Assembly (NCBI GenBank): GCA_038247415.1
Contig: JBBRUX010000031.1
Coordinates: 1 to 47,316 of the forward strand
Direction of reading: 5' to 3'
DNA length: 47,316 nucleotides
Origin: Chitinivibrionales bacterium
Lineage (GTDB): Bacteria > Fibrobacterota > Chitinivibrionia > Chitinivibrionales > WJKA01
Of the stretch, positions 8,473 through 17,387 are shown piece by piece (position 1 is the first letter of the stretch; every line of letters begins with the position of its first letter). Made by a program: the position numbers and the translations under genes. Below the pieces are notes generated by a model. The model worked only from the letters and a program-made list of their open reading frames with translations, did no database searches and was not told where the DNA came from.

Positions 8473-9452
8473 TGCATGGAGAAATACTGCGTCGATTAGC
8501 TATTGCCATTCCGCAACTGCTAATTATGACATTTATCACCTTTTTACTGATCGATTTAGCGCCGGGAGATATTCTGGCGCAATATCGTTTCGATCCACGC
8601 ATTTCTCAAAAAACGATCAAGGCTCTCGAAGATAAATACCATTTTGACAAACCAGTTTTTGTACAATATGGCTACTGGCTTGTTAATTTTTGTAAAGGTG
8701 ATTTAGGATATTCCTTTTCGCGTAATGCTCCGGTTACTGCAGTTATTTTGGAACGGGTCGGCAACACTTTTCTGCTAGGTATTTTTGCCCTGGTTTTTAC
8801 CTGGGCGATTGCAATTCCGCTGGGTGTTTTTGCTGCGGTACGTCAATATTCCTGGACCGATCGTATCATGTCGTTCATCTCTTATTTTGGGATGTCTTTG
8901 CCTTCATTTTTCTTGGCGCTGTTACTTATGTATCTCATCTATCTGGCGAGTGGTATTCCTCTTATTGGTTCACTGCCCATTTCTGGTATGGTTTCGGCAG
9001 GCTTTGATCAATTTCCGTGGCATCGCAAGATACTTGACATTGGTGCACATTTAATGTTGCCGACCATAGTGCTAACGGTAGGTGCGCTCGCCTCCCTTCA
9101 GCGTATTGCACGAGGAAATATGCTCGAAGAGCTCCGGAAAAACTACATTACCACAGCTCGGGCAAAAGGGCTTCCAGAAAATAGAGTGGTGTACGGTCAT
9201 GCTTTGCGTAATGCGATTAATCCTCTCATTACTCTTTTTGGCTTTTCCTTTTCAGATTTACTGAGCGGTGCAGCGCTTCTAGAAATCATCATCAACTGGC
9301 CAGGGCTTGGCTCTTGCATGCTTGCCGCCGTGCGGTCCCAAGACACCTTTCTTGTCATGGGTTCCATGCTCATGGGTGGTGGTATGCTTGTACTGGGAAA
9401 TCTTCTCGCAGATGTCCTGCTTATCATTTCCGACCCCAGAGTACGTTCATGA
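8472..9452 (+). CDS. Peptide/nickel ABC transporter permease (DppB/OppB)
   Basis: QYGYWL..GDLGYS and EAA-type YITTARAKGL...HALRNA motifs. Overlaps the SBP stop by 1 nt. Confidence 0.95.
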   Translation: MHGEILRRLAIAIPQLLIMTFITFLLIDLAPGDILAQYRFDPRISQKTIKALEDKYHFDKPVFVQYGYWLVNFCKGDLGYSFSRNAPVTAVILERVGNTFLLGIFALVFTWAIAIPLGVFAAVRQYSWTDRIMSFISYFGMSLPSFFLALLLMYLIYLASGIPLIGSLPISGMVSAGFDQFPWHRKILDIGAHLMLPTIVLTVGALASLQRIARGNMLEELRKNYITTARAKGLPENRVVYGHALRNAINPLITLFGFSFSDLLSGAALLEIIINWPGLGSCMLAAVRSQDTFLVMGSMLMGGGMLVLGNLLADVLLIISDPRVRS

Positions 9453-10531
9453 GTAGAAACTTTTTGCATACCAACAGGGCCTTTGAGAAATTTAAAAAGC
9501 ATTCTCTCGCTGTAACTGGTTTATGGGTACTTGTTTTTCTGTATGTTTGTATGCTTTTTGCTGAATTTATCGCTCCGTACAATCTTGACAATGGCAACAG
9601 AGCATTGTCTTTTCAGCCCCCGAGCCCACTTCATTTTATTCATAACAACTCTTTTGCATTCCCGCCCGTTGTGCATCCCCTGTCATACCGATTTAACCAG
9701 CTTTTCGAACGGGAATTTATAGAAGATACGACACTATCCTTAGCCCTGTCTTTTTTTACAGCAGGCGATGCGGTAAAACTTTTTGGTTGTATCCCCATTC
9801 GGCACCATTTGTTTGGCGTAAACGACCCAACGGGCACTACCCGTGTGTATCTTTTTGGAGCCGACGGTGTTGGAAGGGATCTTTTTTCGCGCATTGTATA
9901 TGGCTCGCGGGTATCACTTACGGTTGGACTTGCGGGGGTACTTATAACGTTTTTATTAGGCTTTATTATTGGCGGTATGGCTGGTTTTTACGGAGGGAAA
10001 ATTGATTGGATTCTTATGCGTACAGCCGAATGTTTTATGCTTGTTCCGTCATTTTTTCTCATGCTAGCGCTGCGAAGCGCCTTTCCCATGAATCTTCCGT
10101 CAAGCACGGTGTACCTTCTTATTATTCTCATTATGAGCTTTATTGGTTGGGCATCTTTTTCTCGAATTATTAGAGGCATGACACTCTCTATTGCAAAAAG
10201 AGATTATGTTACCGCTGCTAAAGCAATTGGGGCATCGGATGCCAGGATTATCCTGGTTCATATCCTCCCGCATACTATGTCATTTTCTATCGTATCCCTT
10301 ACCCTATCTATTCCTGGATATATTCTTGGCGAATCGGCACTTTCTCTTATTGGGCTTGGCATTGTAGATCCTGCTGCAAGCTGGGGTAATTTACTAGGCG
10401 GAGCTATGAATGTTGCTGATATTCAATATCATCCATGGATTCTGATTCCCGGAGTTTTTATTTTTATTACAGTTATGGCTTTTAATTTTTTAGGCGATGG
10501 CCTGCGAGATGCACTCGATCCAAACCGGTAA
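9449..10531 (+). CDS. Peptide/nickel ABC transporter permease (DppC/OppC)
   Basis: FGADGVGRDLFSRIVYGSRVSL, YVTAAKAIGAS and FNFLGDGLRDALDP. ATGA overlap with the previous gene. Confidence 0.95.
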   Translation: MSRNFLHTNRAFEKFKKHSLAVTGLWVLVFLYVCMLFAEFIAPYNLDNGNRALSFQPPSPLHFIHNNSFAFPPVVHPLSYRFNQLFEREFIEDTTLSLALSFFTAGDAVKLFGCIPIRHHLFGVNDPTGTTRVYLFGADGVGRDLFSRIVYGSRVSLTVGLAGVLITFLLGFIIGGMAGFYGGKIDWILMRTAECFMLVPSFFLMLALRSAFPMNLPSSTVYLLIILIMSFIGWASFSRIIRGMTLSIAKRDYVTAAKAIGASDARIILVHILPHTMSFSIVSLTLSIPGYILGESALSLIGLGIVDPAASWGNLLGGAMNVADIQYHPWILIPGVFIFITVMAFNFLGDGLRDALDPNR

Positions 10532-10541
10532 AAACGTCATT

Positions 10542-11564
10542 ATGCTTTTACACGTTAATAACCTTACTACTGCCTTTAAAATGGGATCGACCCTTGTGCC
10601 GGTTGTTGATTCTATAAGCTTTACTATAGAGGAAGGATCCACATTTGCACTCTTGGGGGAAAGCGGCTGCGGCAAAAGCATAACCGCACTTTCGATACTA
10701 CGCCTTATACCACCATCGGCTACCATTGTCTCGGGCCAAATTCTTTACGAAGACGAAGATTTAGCAAGAGCTTCCGAATCCCGTATTCGAGAAATTCGCG
10801 GTAGTAAAATAGGCATGATTTTCCAAGAGCCACAGTCATCGCTTAATCCCCTTATGAAATGTGGTTATCAAATTTTAGAAGCGCTTATGCTTCATGGCAA
10901 GCTTTCCAAAAAAGAGGCTCGTAGTAAAGCGTGTTCTCTCTTAGAAATGGTTGGCATTCCCGATGCAGCGCGCCGCTTTGAATCCTATCCGCATGAGCTT
11001 TCTGGAGGCATGCAACAGCGCATCATGATTGCCATTGCATTGGCGTGTTCACCTCAATTGCTCATTGCCGATGAACCTACCACAGCTCTTGACGTAACTA
11101 TACAAGCTCAGATCCTTGATTTACTGAACACGCTTAAACAGAGTCATAATCTGGCCATGCTGCTTATTAGTCACGATTTGGGCGTTGTAGCAGAATGTGC
11201 CGATACTGTAGGAGTCATGTATTGTGGCCGTATTGTTGAAATGGCACGCGTAGCAGAGCTCTTTTCCAACCCCTTGCATCCTTACACTATTGGTTTACAT
11301 GATGCTATTCCACGCATCGATGCCCCCGTAAAACGACTAGAAACAATACAAGGATTTGTTCCCTCAAACGCGTCTCAGGTTACCGGATGCGCTTTTCATC
11401 CTCGCTGTAAAAAAGCCCGACTCGCCGCAACACAAACGAGTGAAATTGTTTCACTTCAAACTCATCTTGGAATGGTGCCCATTCCAAAAAGATGCGCTTT
11501 AGAAACTCCTCTTTTGCGCGAATATGCCAAGCATCATTGGTGCGCATGCTGGGAGGTTGTATGA
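10542..11564 (+). CDS. Oligopeptide ABC transporter ATP-binding protein (DppD/OppD)
   Basis: GESGCGKS, IFQEP, YPHELSGGMQQR, DEPTTALD, HPYT and Cys-rich C-terminus. Confidence 0.95.
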   Translation: MLLHVNNLTTAFKMGSTLVPVVDSISFTIEEGSTFALLGESGCGKSITALSILRLIPPSATIVSGQILYEDEDLARASESRIREIRGSKIGMIFQEPQSSLNPLMKCGYQILEALMLHGKLSKKEARSKACSLLEMVGIPDAARRFESYPHELSGGMQQRIMIAIALACSPQLLIADEPTTALDVTIQAQILDLLNTLKQSHNLAMLLISHDLGVVAECADTVGVMYCGRIVEMARVAELFSNPLHPYTIGLHDAIPRIDAPVKRLETIQGFVPSNASQVTGCAFHPRCKKARLAATQTSEIVSLQTHLGMVPIPKRCALETPLLREYAKHHWCACWEVV

Positions 11565-12646
11565 CACCTCTAGTTCTTCTTTCGGTGCGTAAACTTTATA
11601 CAGAATTTGCCATTAAAAGCGGGGTTTTGCTTAAAACAACAGGAGTAGTTAAGGCGGTCAGGGCGTTTGATATTACCGTGCATTCAAAAGAAACCGTTGC
11701 CCTTGTTGGAGAAAGCGGATGTGGAAAAACTACGGCAGCTCGATCTATTTTGCACCTTGTTAAACCGACATCGGGGGAAATTTCTTTTGATGGAATCGAC
11801 CTGATGCGGCTCGATAAAAAAACCATGCGCGCGCTTCGTCGCAGAATGCAAATTATTTTTCAGGACCCAGTGGGATCTCTTGATCCGAGGCAAACAGTAG
11901 GTGATATATTGGCCGAACCGCTTATTATTCATGAGCCCCTAACTCGCCGAATACGACGCGATCGCGTTGTTGACACACTCGAGCGCGTAGGGCTCTCATC
12001 AGAGTATGTAGACCGGTTTCCTCACGAATTTTCGGGGGGACAACGCCAACGCATTGGTATTGGCAGAGCACTTATGAGCAATCCCGATTTTATTGTTTGC
12101 GATGAACCTGTCAGCGCACTTGACGTATCGGTTCAAGCTCAAATTCTAAACCTGCTCGCCGATTTACGCCACCAACTCGGTTTATCGTATCTTTTTATTT
12201 CGCATAACCTATCTGTTGTTCGGCATGTTGCCGATACCATTGCCGTGATGTATTTAGGTTCTATTGTCGAACAAGCATCCTGTAAAGAACTCTTTGATGC
12301 ACCTCAGCATCCGTATACCAAAGCTCTTTTAGCAGCAGTGCCCACGCTTTCGGTAGAACATAAAAGAGTGCGTCTGCCCCTTATTGGCGAAACGCCTTCC
12401 CCTTTATATCCCCCGACAGGGTGTGCTTTCCATCCGCGATGCCCGCACACGCGAATGCTTGCATCGAATGCACCAAAAAGCGACACAGCTCTCCTATCCG
12501 ATGTTTCGGGCAGCATACCTATTATGCGTTTATGTAAAGATCAAATGCCTTCGCTTGATGTATACGATGTTAATGCCTTATCACATGTTTGTGCCTGCTG
12601 GTATGCCTCCAGCAAATCGACACAGGATATTTACACGCATGCATAA
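11561..12646 (+). CDS. Oligopeptide ABC transporter ATP-binding protein (DppF/OppF)
   Basis: GESGCGKT, IFQDP, FPHEFSGGQRQR, DEPVSALDVSVQAQ, HPYT and GCAFHPRC. ATGA overlap and GGAGG RBS. Confidence 0.95.
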   Translation: MTPLVLLSVRKLYTEFAIKSGVLLKTTGVVKAVRAFDITVHSKETVALVGESGCGKTTAARSILHLVKPTSGEISFDGIDLMRLDKKTMRALRRRMQIIFQDPVGSLDPRQTVGDILAEPLIIHEPLTRRIRRDRVVDTLERVGLSSEYVDRFPHEFSGGQRQRIGIGRALMSNPDFIVCDEPVSALDVSVQAQILNLLADLRHQLGLSYLFISHNLSVVRHVADTIAVMYLGSIVEQASCKELFDAPQHPYTKALLAAVPTLSVEHKRVRLPLIGETPSPLYPPTGCAFHPRCPHTRMLASNAPKSDTALLSDVSGSIPIMRLCKDQMPSLDVYDVNALSHVCACWYASSKSTQDIYTHA

Positions 12647-13346
12647 TTTGGAACATCCTGTGGAAGCCACTATTCAAGCCTATAAAGCTGTTCCCCATTT
12701 TTTTGGGGCACCGCGCAAAAACGATGCGCTTTTTATGTTTGGAGCAACGCAACCATTTCCTTTTGTATATACCTATGTACAAGAAAATACCGAAATAATT
12801 CTTGGGCCATCGTGCAAGGCAGAAAAAGAAATTAAGCTTGACGCATGTACCGCTGATGGTATAGTAATTTCGTATCGACGAAGTGGCGGGGGAACAGTTG
12901 TATTAGCCTCGGGAATGATAGTTACGATTGTGGTAAGCGATCGAGAACTTGGCGATACCATAGAAGAAACGCATGCGCGAATCCACCGAGGGCTTATTTC
13001 GATTATCGATCCTTATTTAGACAATTCTCTTATATTGCGTGGCATCTCAGATATAGCAATCCAAGATAAAAAAATACTGGGCAGTTCTCTCTATCTTTCG
13101 CAAAAGCCCTCAAATTATTATTACCAATCTGTACTTATGGTAGATTCAGATCTTGACCTACTAGAGAAGTATCTTCTCCATCCTCCTAAGGAACCAGCGT
13201 ACCGCCAAGGGCGACCTCACAAATACTTTTGCACCACCCTACGAAACGAAGGCCTTCTGCTTTCTGCACCCGAGTTGAGCTCGCTCATCAGAAATGCGCT
13301 GCCTTCTTTACTCCAGCGCCGTTTCATAAGCCCGAATATTTTTTGA
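12639..13346 (+). CDS. Lipoate-protein ligase A family protein (BPL/LplA/LipB catalytic domain only)
   Basis: RRSGGGTV, DIAIQDKKILGSS and YLLHPPKEPAYRQGRPH motifs. Start chosen at the ATG overlapping the dppF stop. Confidence 0.8.
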   Translation: MHNLEHPVEATIQAYKAVPHFFGAPRKNDALFMFGATQPFPFVYTYVQENTEIILGPSCKAEKEIKLDACTADGIVISYRRSGGGTVVLASGMIVTIVVSDRELGDTIEETHARIHRGLISIIDPYLDNSLILRGISDIAIQDKKILGSSLYLSQKPSNYYYQSVLMVDSDLDLLEKYLLHPPKEPAYRQGRPHKYFCTTLRNEGLLLSAPELSSLIRNALPSLLQRRFISPNIF

Positions 13347-16300
13347 TAATTGTCTTTTCGCCCAGTTGAAGCCGTACATAAACCATTTTTTGAATTCCTG
13401 TATTTTTCCCCAAAGGAATAGACATTTTTTGTAATCCTGGCAACAACGTGGCTGTTACAGCCGGTTGTAAAGTTCTACCTTGCGCGTCAAAAAGAGATAC
13501 CGATACCAGCTCCCTTTTTTGCAAATAGCATTCAACAAACAAAATTCCTCTTTTTGCTCCCAAGGAATGCAAATTTATTTTGGTTGACCTCGCAAGCATT
13601 TCTTCTACCCCCGTGGAAGCGACAACCGAGAGCGTGCACACAACAGCCAGAGGACTTTTTACCATAGGATCGTTATGCGCTATATACAATGTATCAACCA
13701 TACTCCCAACCGATTTAAAAGTTGCATTAAAGCCACAAGAAACTAGTGCAGCCCCATTTGCAGAGACACTATATATGCTATCCTGGGCCAAAAGCCAATC
13801 GAGCCCGGTGTTAGTTTGTCCTGGATTTAATGCATTAACCGTGGCATATGCCGATGAAGCAAAATCATATGCAGAATCGGAATCGGTATTTTTAGTACGA
13901 GCCGTAACTTCGTTAGACATTGAAACACCTCTTGAGAGCCATCGCGTTCCAACCGGCGGCGCATCGGTGCTTTCTATGTTTTTGAAAAAGTCTACTCCCT
14001 TACCTTTTGCATCGAGTAATGATACCGATAGCTCCCGGGTTGTTGCATAGGACCAATTGATATTTTTACCCATGAATATAACCGTAGCAGACGTGCCTGA
14101 AATTGTATCGATGAGCACGGCTGTTGCTCCGCTTTTAAGCATCGCATTTGCTCCAAAAGTAAACGATCCGGATGTATTTTCATTATCTTCCCAAACCAGT
14201 GAATAGCCAGCAATAGATTTGTCCATCCCCTGATTCCATAATTCTATTCCATCCCGAAAGCGGGTATCAGAGCCAGCATAGATTTCATTTATCAACACGT
14301 TATGCGCTCTTTGTCGTGTATACACGGCAACCTGCAAGATCCCCGCCCCACCATTTTTAATCTCAAATGGTACCATGGAAGTTTTCGATTGAGCAAGCGA
14401 AACTGCTAGTGATCGACGAGATAGTGCCAATTGAGGTCTTTGCTGTAAACCGAAGGCTTTTGAAATAGCGCTGGGCTTTCCATCTGCCACATCTGATATC
14501 TTAATCCTGCACTTGACGGCAGATGTAGACGGAGTAGTCCATGCATATACCCCGGTATTGGGCGTTGAGGCTACAATAGTTGAATACGTTGACCCATCGT
14601 TAAGCGACAACTCTAATTTTACTTGTGCAAGTGGATCACCGCTGGTTGTATACCGTATTTCGTAATTAGAACTTACGCTTATCAATTCTTGCGTATCTGG
14701 ACGTATGATAGCAATCCCACTCGCAACGCCAAACACTACCCTGATACTTTGGTTGGTTGTTACATTAGAAAATGTATATGATGAAGCAAGAGACACGGGG
14801 TTATTGTTTACTAGTACAGAATCGACTTCCCAACCCGAATCGGGCGCAAAAGTAAACACCCTGGTAGATCCCGAAAGTACCCCAACTTGCCCGCTTGGCG
14901 AAATTGTGCCGTGCGTTCCCGCTAGTGCGCTGATGGTTACCATAGAGCCCTGGTTTCTTCTTATGGTAAACTTCATGGTATCGGAAGCTGCAGAAATTGC
15001 ATCTACCCATAATCCCGATACTGCGCCGTTCCACCAATTTGATGAAGGAAGAGTTGTATCTGAAAACCGTGCTTTATATCCTGCCTTAAAGAGATCTCCC
15101 ATTGCGCCGCTGTTGATGTTTTTTTCGAGGTCGAATTTACCATCGGCCTGTTCTACCGAAACATAATAATGTGACGTCGCTGTCATTTTCTGACTATCAT
15201 TGGTAAATCCTGAATCTACATGCCAGATAACTAGACCTGCATCAGGATAATTTATACTTCTGCTTTTTTTTGCACGGCTTTCTATATAAAAATGCTCTTG
15301 CGGCCGGGCAGGGTTATTGTAAACGAACGATGTGTTTGTGTTTGCGATATGTGTAAATGTAGTATTATCTAGTGCTGCGGTAATGTCGGTAAGTGTTTCC
15401 CACCCCATGAGGTTTCGGTAATAAGCATTTGGAGGCACTGGAGCGGTGCTTGATGAACTTGCCATTATGCAATATTTGCCAACCCCTTTTGAATCGGATC
15501 CATAATCGTAGAGATCTTTCCACCCGCAAACCATGTGCCCGTTCTCATGGCAAAAAGTTCCAATGCGTAAGGAGGTTCCAATCGAACTCATCTGATAACG
15601 ACTTACGGTAACGCCATCGGTTGAATAGGTGGTAATAGATCCCGAATGCGGCCAGAGCCCAACAGACCACCCTACATCGGGGGCTCCCGCATACATGATA
15701 TTGACAGCTCGGACTCTTTTAGTTGAAGTTTGGCTGAGGGTGGCAAAATTGAAGCCTGCCAAATCAAAGTGCATAAGTGCATCTTTAACAAGCTCTTTTG
15801 CCCTCCCCGTTGCGGAGGCATCGTTGTAGTACGTTTTTGGTTGCTTTGCGCGATAATATCCAACAACGGTGTTCGTATAATTGAGTTTACCATTAGAGAC
15901 ATCCCTATAATAATCATTTACCGAACCGGCATTTCCATAGCCGGTATATCCTTTTTGATTAAGCAGATTTTCAATTTCAGTTTTTGCCATAGTTGCCGGA
16001 TCATCGGGAAAATCAATAAGCATGGTCAATCCCATCACATCACCAGAAATTGGCTCTGCAGCAGCAACAGCCTTAAACATTCCGTGCGGATGGTAGCTTT
16101 CTGCATCGCCTTCCAGATCCAATTGACGTTTTTGAATAATTGCATTACGTGACTCTGCAGAAATATCGATCCCTTTCTGCAGATGCGAAAGAACCGCAGG
16201 CAAAACTATCCCCATATAATGAACACCCGTTGTAACAAGTGTGCTCTTATCAGCAGAAAGATATGCATAGCATATCCATTGAGTGGTACTTTCGCGCATC

Positions 16301-16485
16301 AGCGTATATCCATCGATACTTTCGATACGCTGATAAAATTCATCGCCCCACACGATAACCTTAACGCGGCTTTTATCCGGTTGACGAAGCATCTGTTCTT
16401 CGCCATCAAAAGGATAGGCCAAAAGCATAGATGAAATGAAGCCAACAAATATCACACAATATTCCCAATGCCTAAACCTTTTCAT
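13324..16485 (-). CDS. Secreted M6-family (immune inhibitor A-like) metalloprotease with Ig-like, lamin-tail-like and C-terminal sorting-type domains
   Basis: Signal peptide, QPD...WGDEFY propeptide, LIDFPD, GSVNDYY, FCHENGH...DLYD zinc motif, GLVIWHVD and VLINEI (LTD). Confidence 0.9.
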   Translation of the reverse strand: MKRFRHWEYCVIFVGFISSMLLAYPFDGEEQMLRQPDKSRVKVIVWGDEFYQRIESIDGYTLMRESTTQWICYAYLSADKSTLVTTGVHYMGIVLPAVLSHLQKGIDISAESRNAIIQKRQLDLEGDAESYHPHGMFKAVAAAEPISGDVMGLTMLIDFPDDPATMAKTEIENLLNQKGYTGYGNAGSVNDYYRDVSNGKLNYTNTVVGYYRAKQPKTYYNDASATGRAKELVKDALMHFDLAGFNFATLSQTSTKRVRAVNIMYAGAPDVGWSVGLWPHSGSITTYSTDGVTVSRYQMSSIGTSLRIGTFCHENGHMVCGWKDLYDYGSDSKGVGKYCIMASSSSTAPVPPNAYYRNLMGWETLTDITAALDNTTFTHIANTNTSFVYNNPARPQEHFYIESRAKKSRSINYPDAGLVIWHVDSGFTNDSQKMTATSHYYVSVEQADGKFDLEKNINSGAMGDLFKAGYKARFSDTTLPSSNWWNGAVSGLWVDAISAASDTMKFTIRRNQGSMVTISALAGTHGTISPSGQVGVLSGSTRVFTFAPDSGWEVDSVLVNNNPVSLASSYTFSNVTTNQSIRVVFGVASGIAIIRPDTQELISVSSNYEIRYTTSGDPLAQVKLELSLNDGSTYSTIVASTPNTGVYAWTTPSTSAVKCRIKISDVADGKPSAISKAFGLQQRPQLALSRRSLAVSLAQSKTSMVPFEIKNGGAGILQVAVYTRQRAHNVLINEIYAGSDTRFRDGIELWNQGMDKSIAGYSLVWEDNENTSGSFTFGANAMLKSGATAVLIDTISGTSATVIFMGKNINWSYATTRELSVSLLDAKGKGVDFFKNIESTDAPPVGTRWLSRGVSMSNEVTARTKNTDSDSAYDFASSAYATVNALNPGQTNTGLDWLLAQDSIYSVSANGAALVSCGFNATFKSVGSMVDTLYIAHNDPMVKSPLAVVCTLSVVASTGVEEMLARSTKINLHSLGAKRGILFVECYLQKRELVSVSLFDAQGRTLQPAVTATLLPGLQKMSIPLGKNTGIQKMVYVRLQLGEKTIIKKYSGL

Positions 16486-16591
16486 GAAAAGCCCACCTGT
16501 CATTTAAGCGGTTAACTTTGGAGGGTAATCCTTAGATGCGATATCTTACAATGTAGCCAGAAAAATTGCAAAAGTTACAATTTTTTTTTAT

Positions 16592-17386
16592 CTACCACAA
16601 AAGTGATGCAACAATAAAATCAAAAACAAGGATAAGTACAGCAGCGGTCATAACAGCTTTGGTGGTAGCATTGCCAACACCTTCGGCTCCGCCTTGGGCA
16701 GTGGAACCGAAATAAATTCCAGAAAGGGCGATAATCACCCCAAATCCTGTTGTTTTTAAAATACCAATGACGAGATCGAAGGGATTAAAAAAGAGTTTTA
16801 GTCCAGTTAAGTAAACATAGGGCGTTACATCGAGTCCTACAAGAACAATAATTATAGACCCGATAATTGCTAGAAATTCGCCTACTATCACAAGCATTGG
16901 CAACATAAGAATAGTGGCAATCATTTTAGGCGCAAACAAGTACCGAAACGAATCGAGCGATAATACCGACATTGCATCGAGCTGCTCTGTTGCTTTCATA
17001 GATCCAATTTCAGCGGCTATTGCCGTTGCAACTCGCCCCGATACAACAAGGCTGAGCACCACAGGCCCCAATTCATTAACAAGTCCTTTACAAACTGCCA
17101 TACCTAGATATTTCATAGGTACAAGACCTGCAAATTGATAATTTGCCTGCACCACGGTTTCGGCGCCTAAAAATATGGCTGTTACACTTACCAGGGGAAG
17201 CGATTCAATTCCAATTTGCCACATCTGTTCGATCGTGATGGGAATATTGCGCAAGCAGAGCGGAATGCGAGAAAACGTTTGCAAAAGTGTTGCACTCATA
17301 CCCCGCACATGGCCCAAAAACCCAATGGCCTTATCGCGCGTGGCATATCCAAACCGTGCAAAACCCAAGAGAATTCCAGAGATCAT
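16592..17386 (-). CDS. mlaE: MlaE-family ABC transporter permease
   Basis: IGIESLP, ELGPV...GRVATAIAAEIGSMKATEQLDAM and GGAEGVGNATTKAV. Confidence 0.9.
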   Translation of the reverse strand: MISGILLGFARFGYATRDKAIGFLGHVRGMSATLLQTFSRIPLCLRNIPITIEQMWQIGIESLPLVSVTAIFLGAETVVQANYQFAGLVPMKYLGMAVCKGLVNELGPVVLSLVVSGRVATAIAAEIGSMKATEQLDAMSVLSLDSFRYLFAPKMIATILMLPMLVIVGEFLAIIGSIIIVLVGLDVTPYVYLTGLKLFFNPFDLVIGILKTTGFGVIIALSGIYFGSTAQGGAEGVGNATTKAVMTAAVLILVFDFIVASLLW

Positions 17387-17387
17387 G

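Noticed and set aside
12384..12638. Long N-terminal extension of the lipoate ligase; likewise the track's early starts for dppC (9314), dppD (10497) and dppF (11492)
   Set aside because: These extensions lie inside the upstream genes. Downstream ATGs at or near the upstream stops fit translational coupling.
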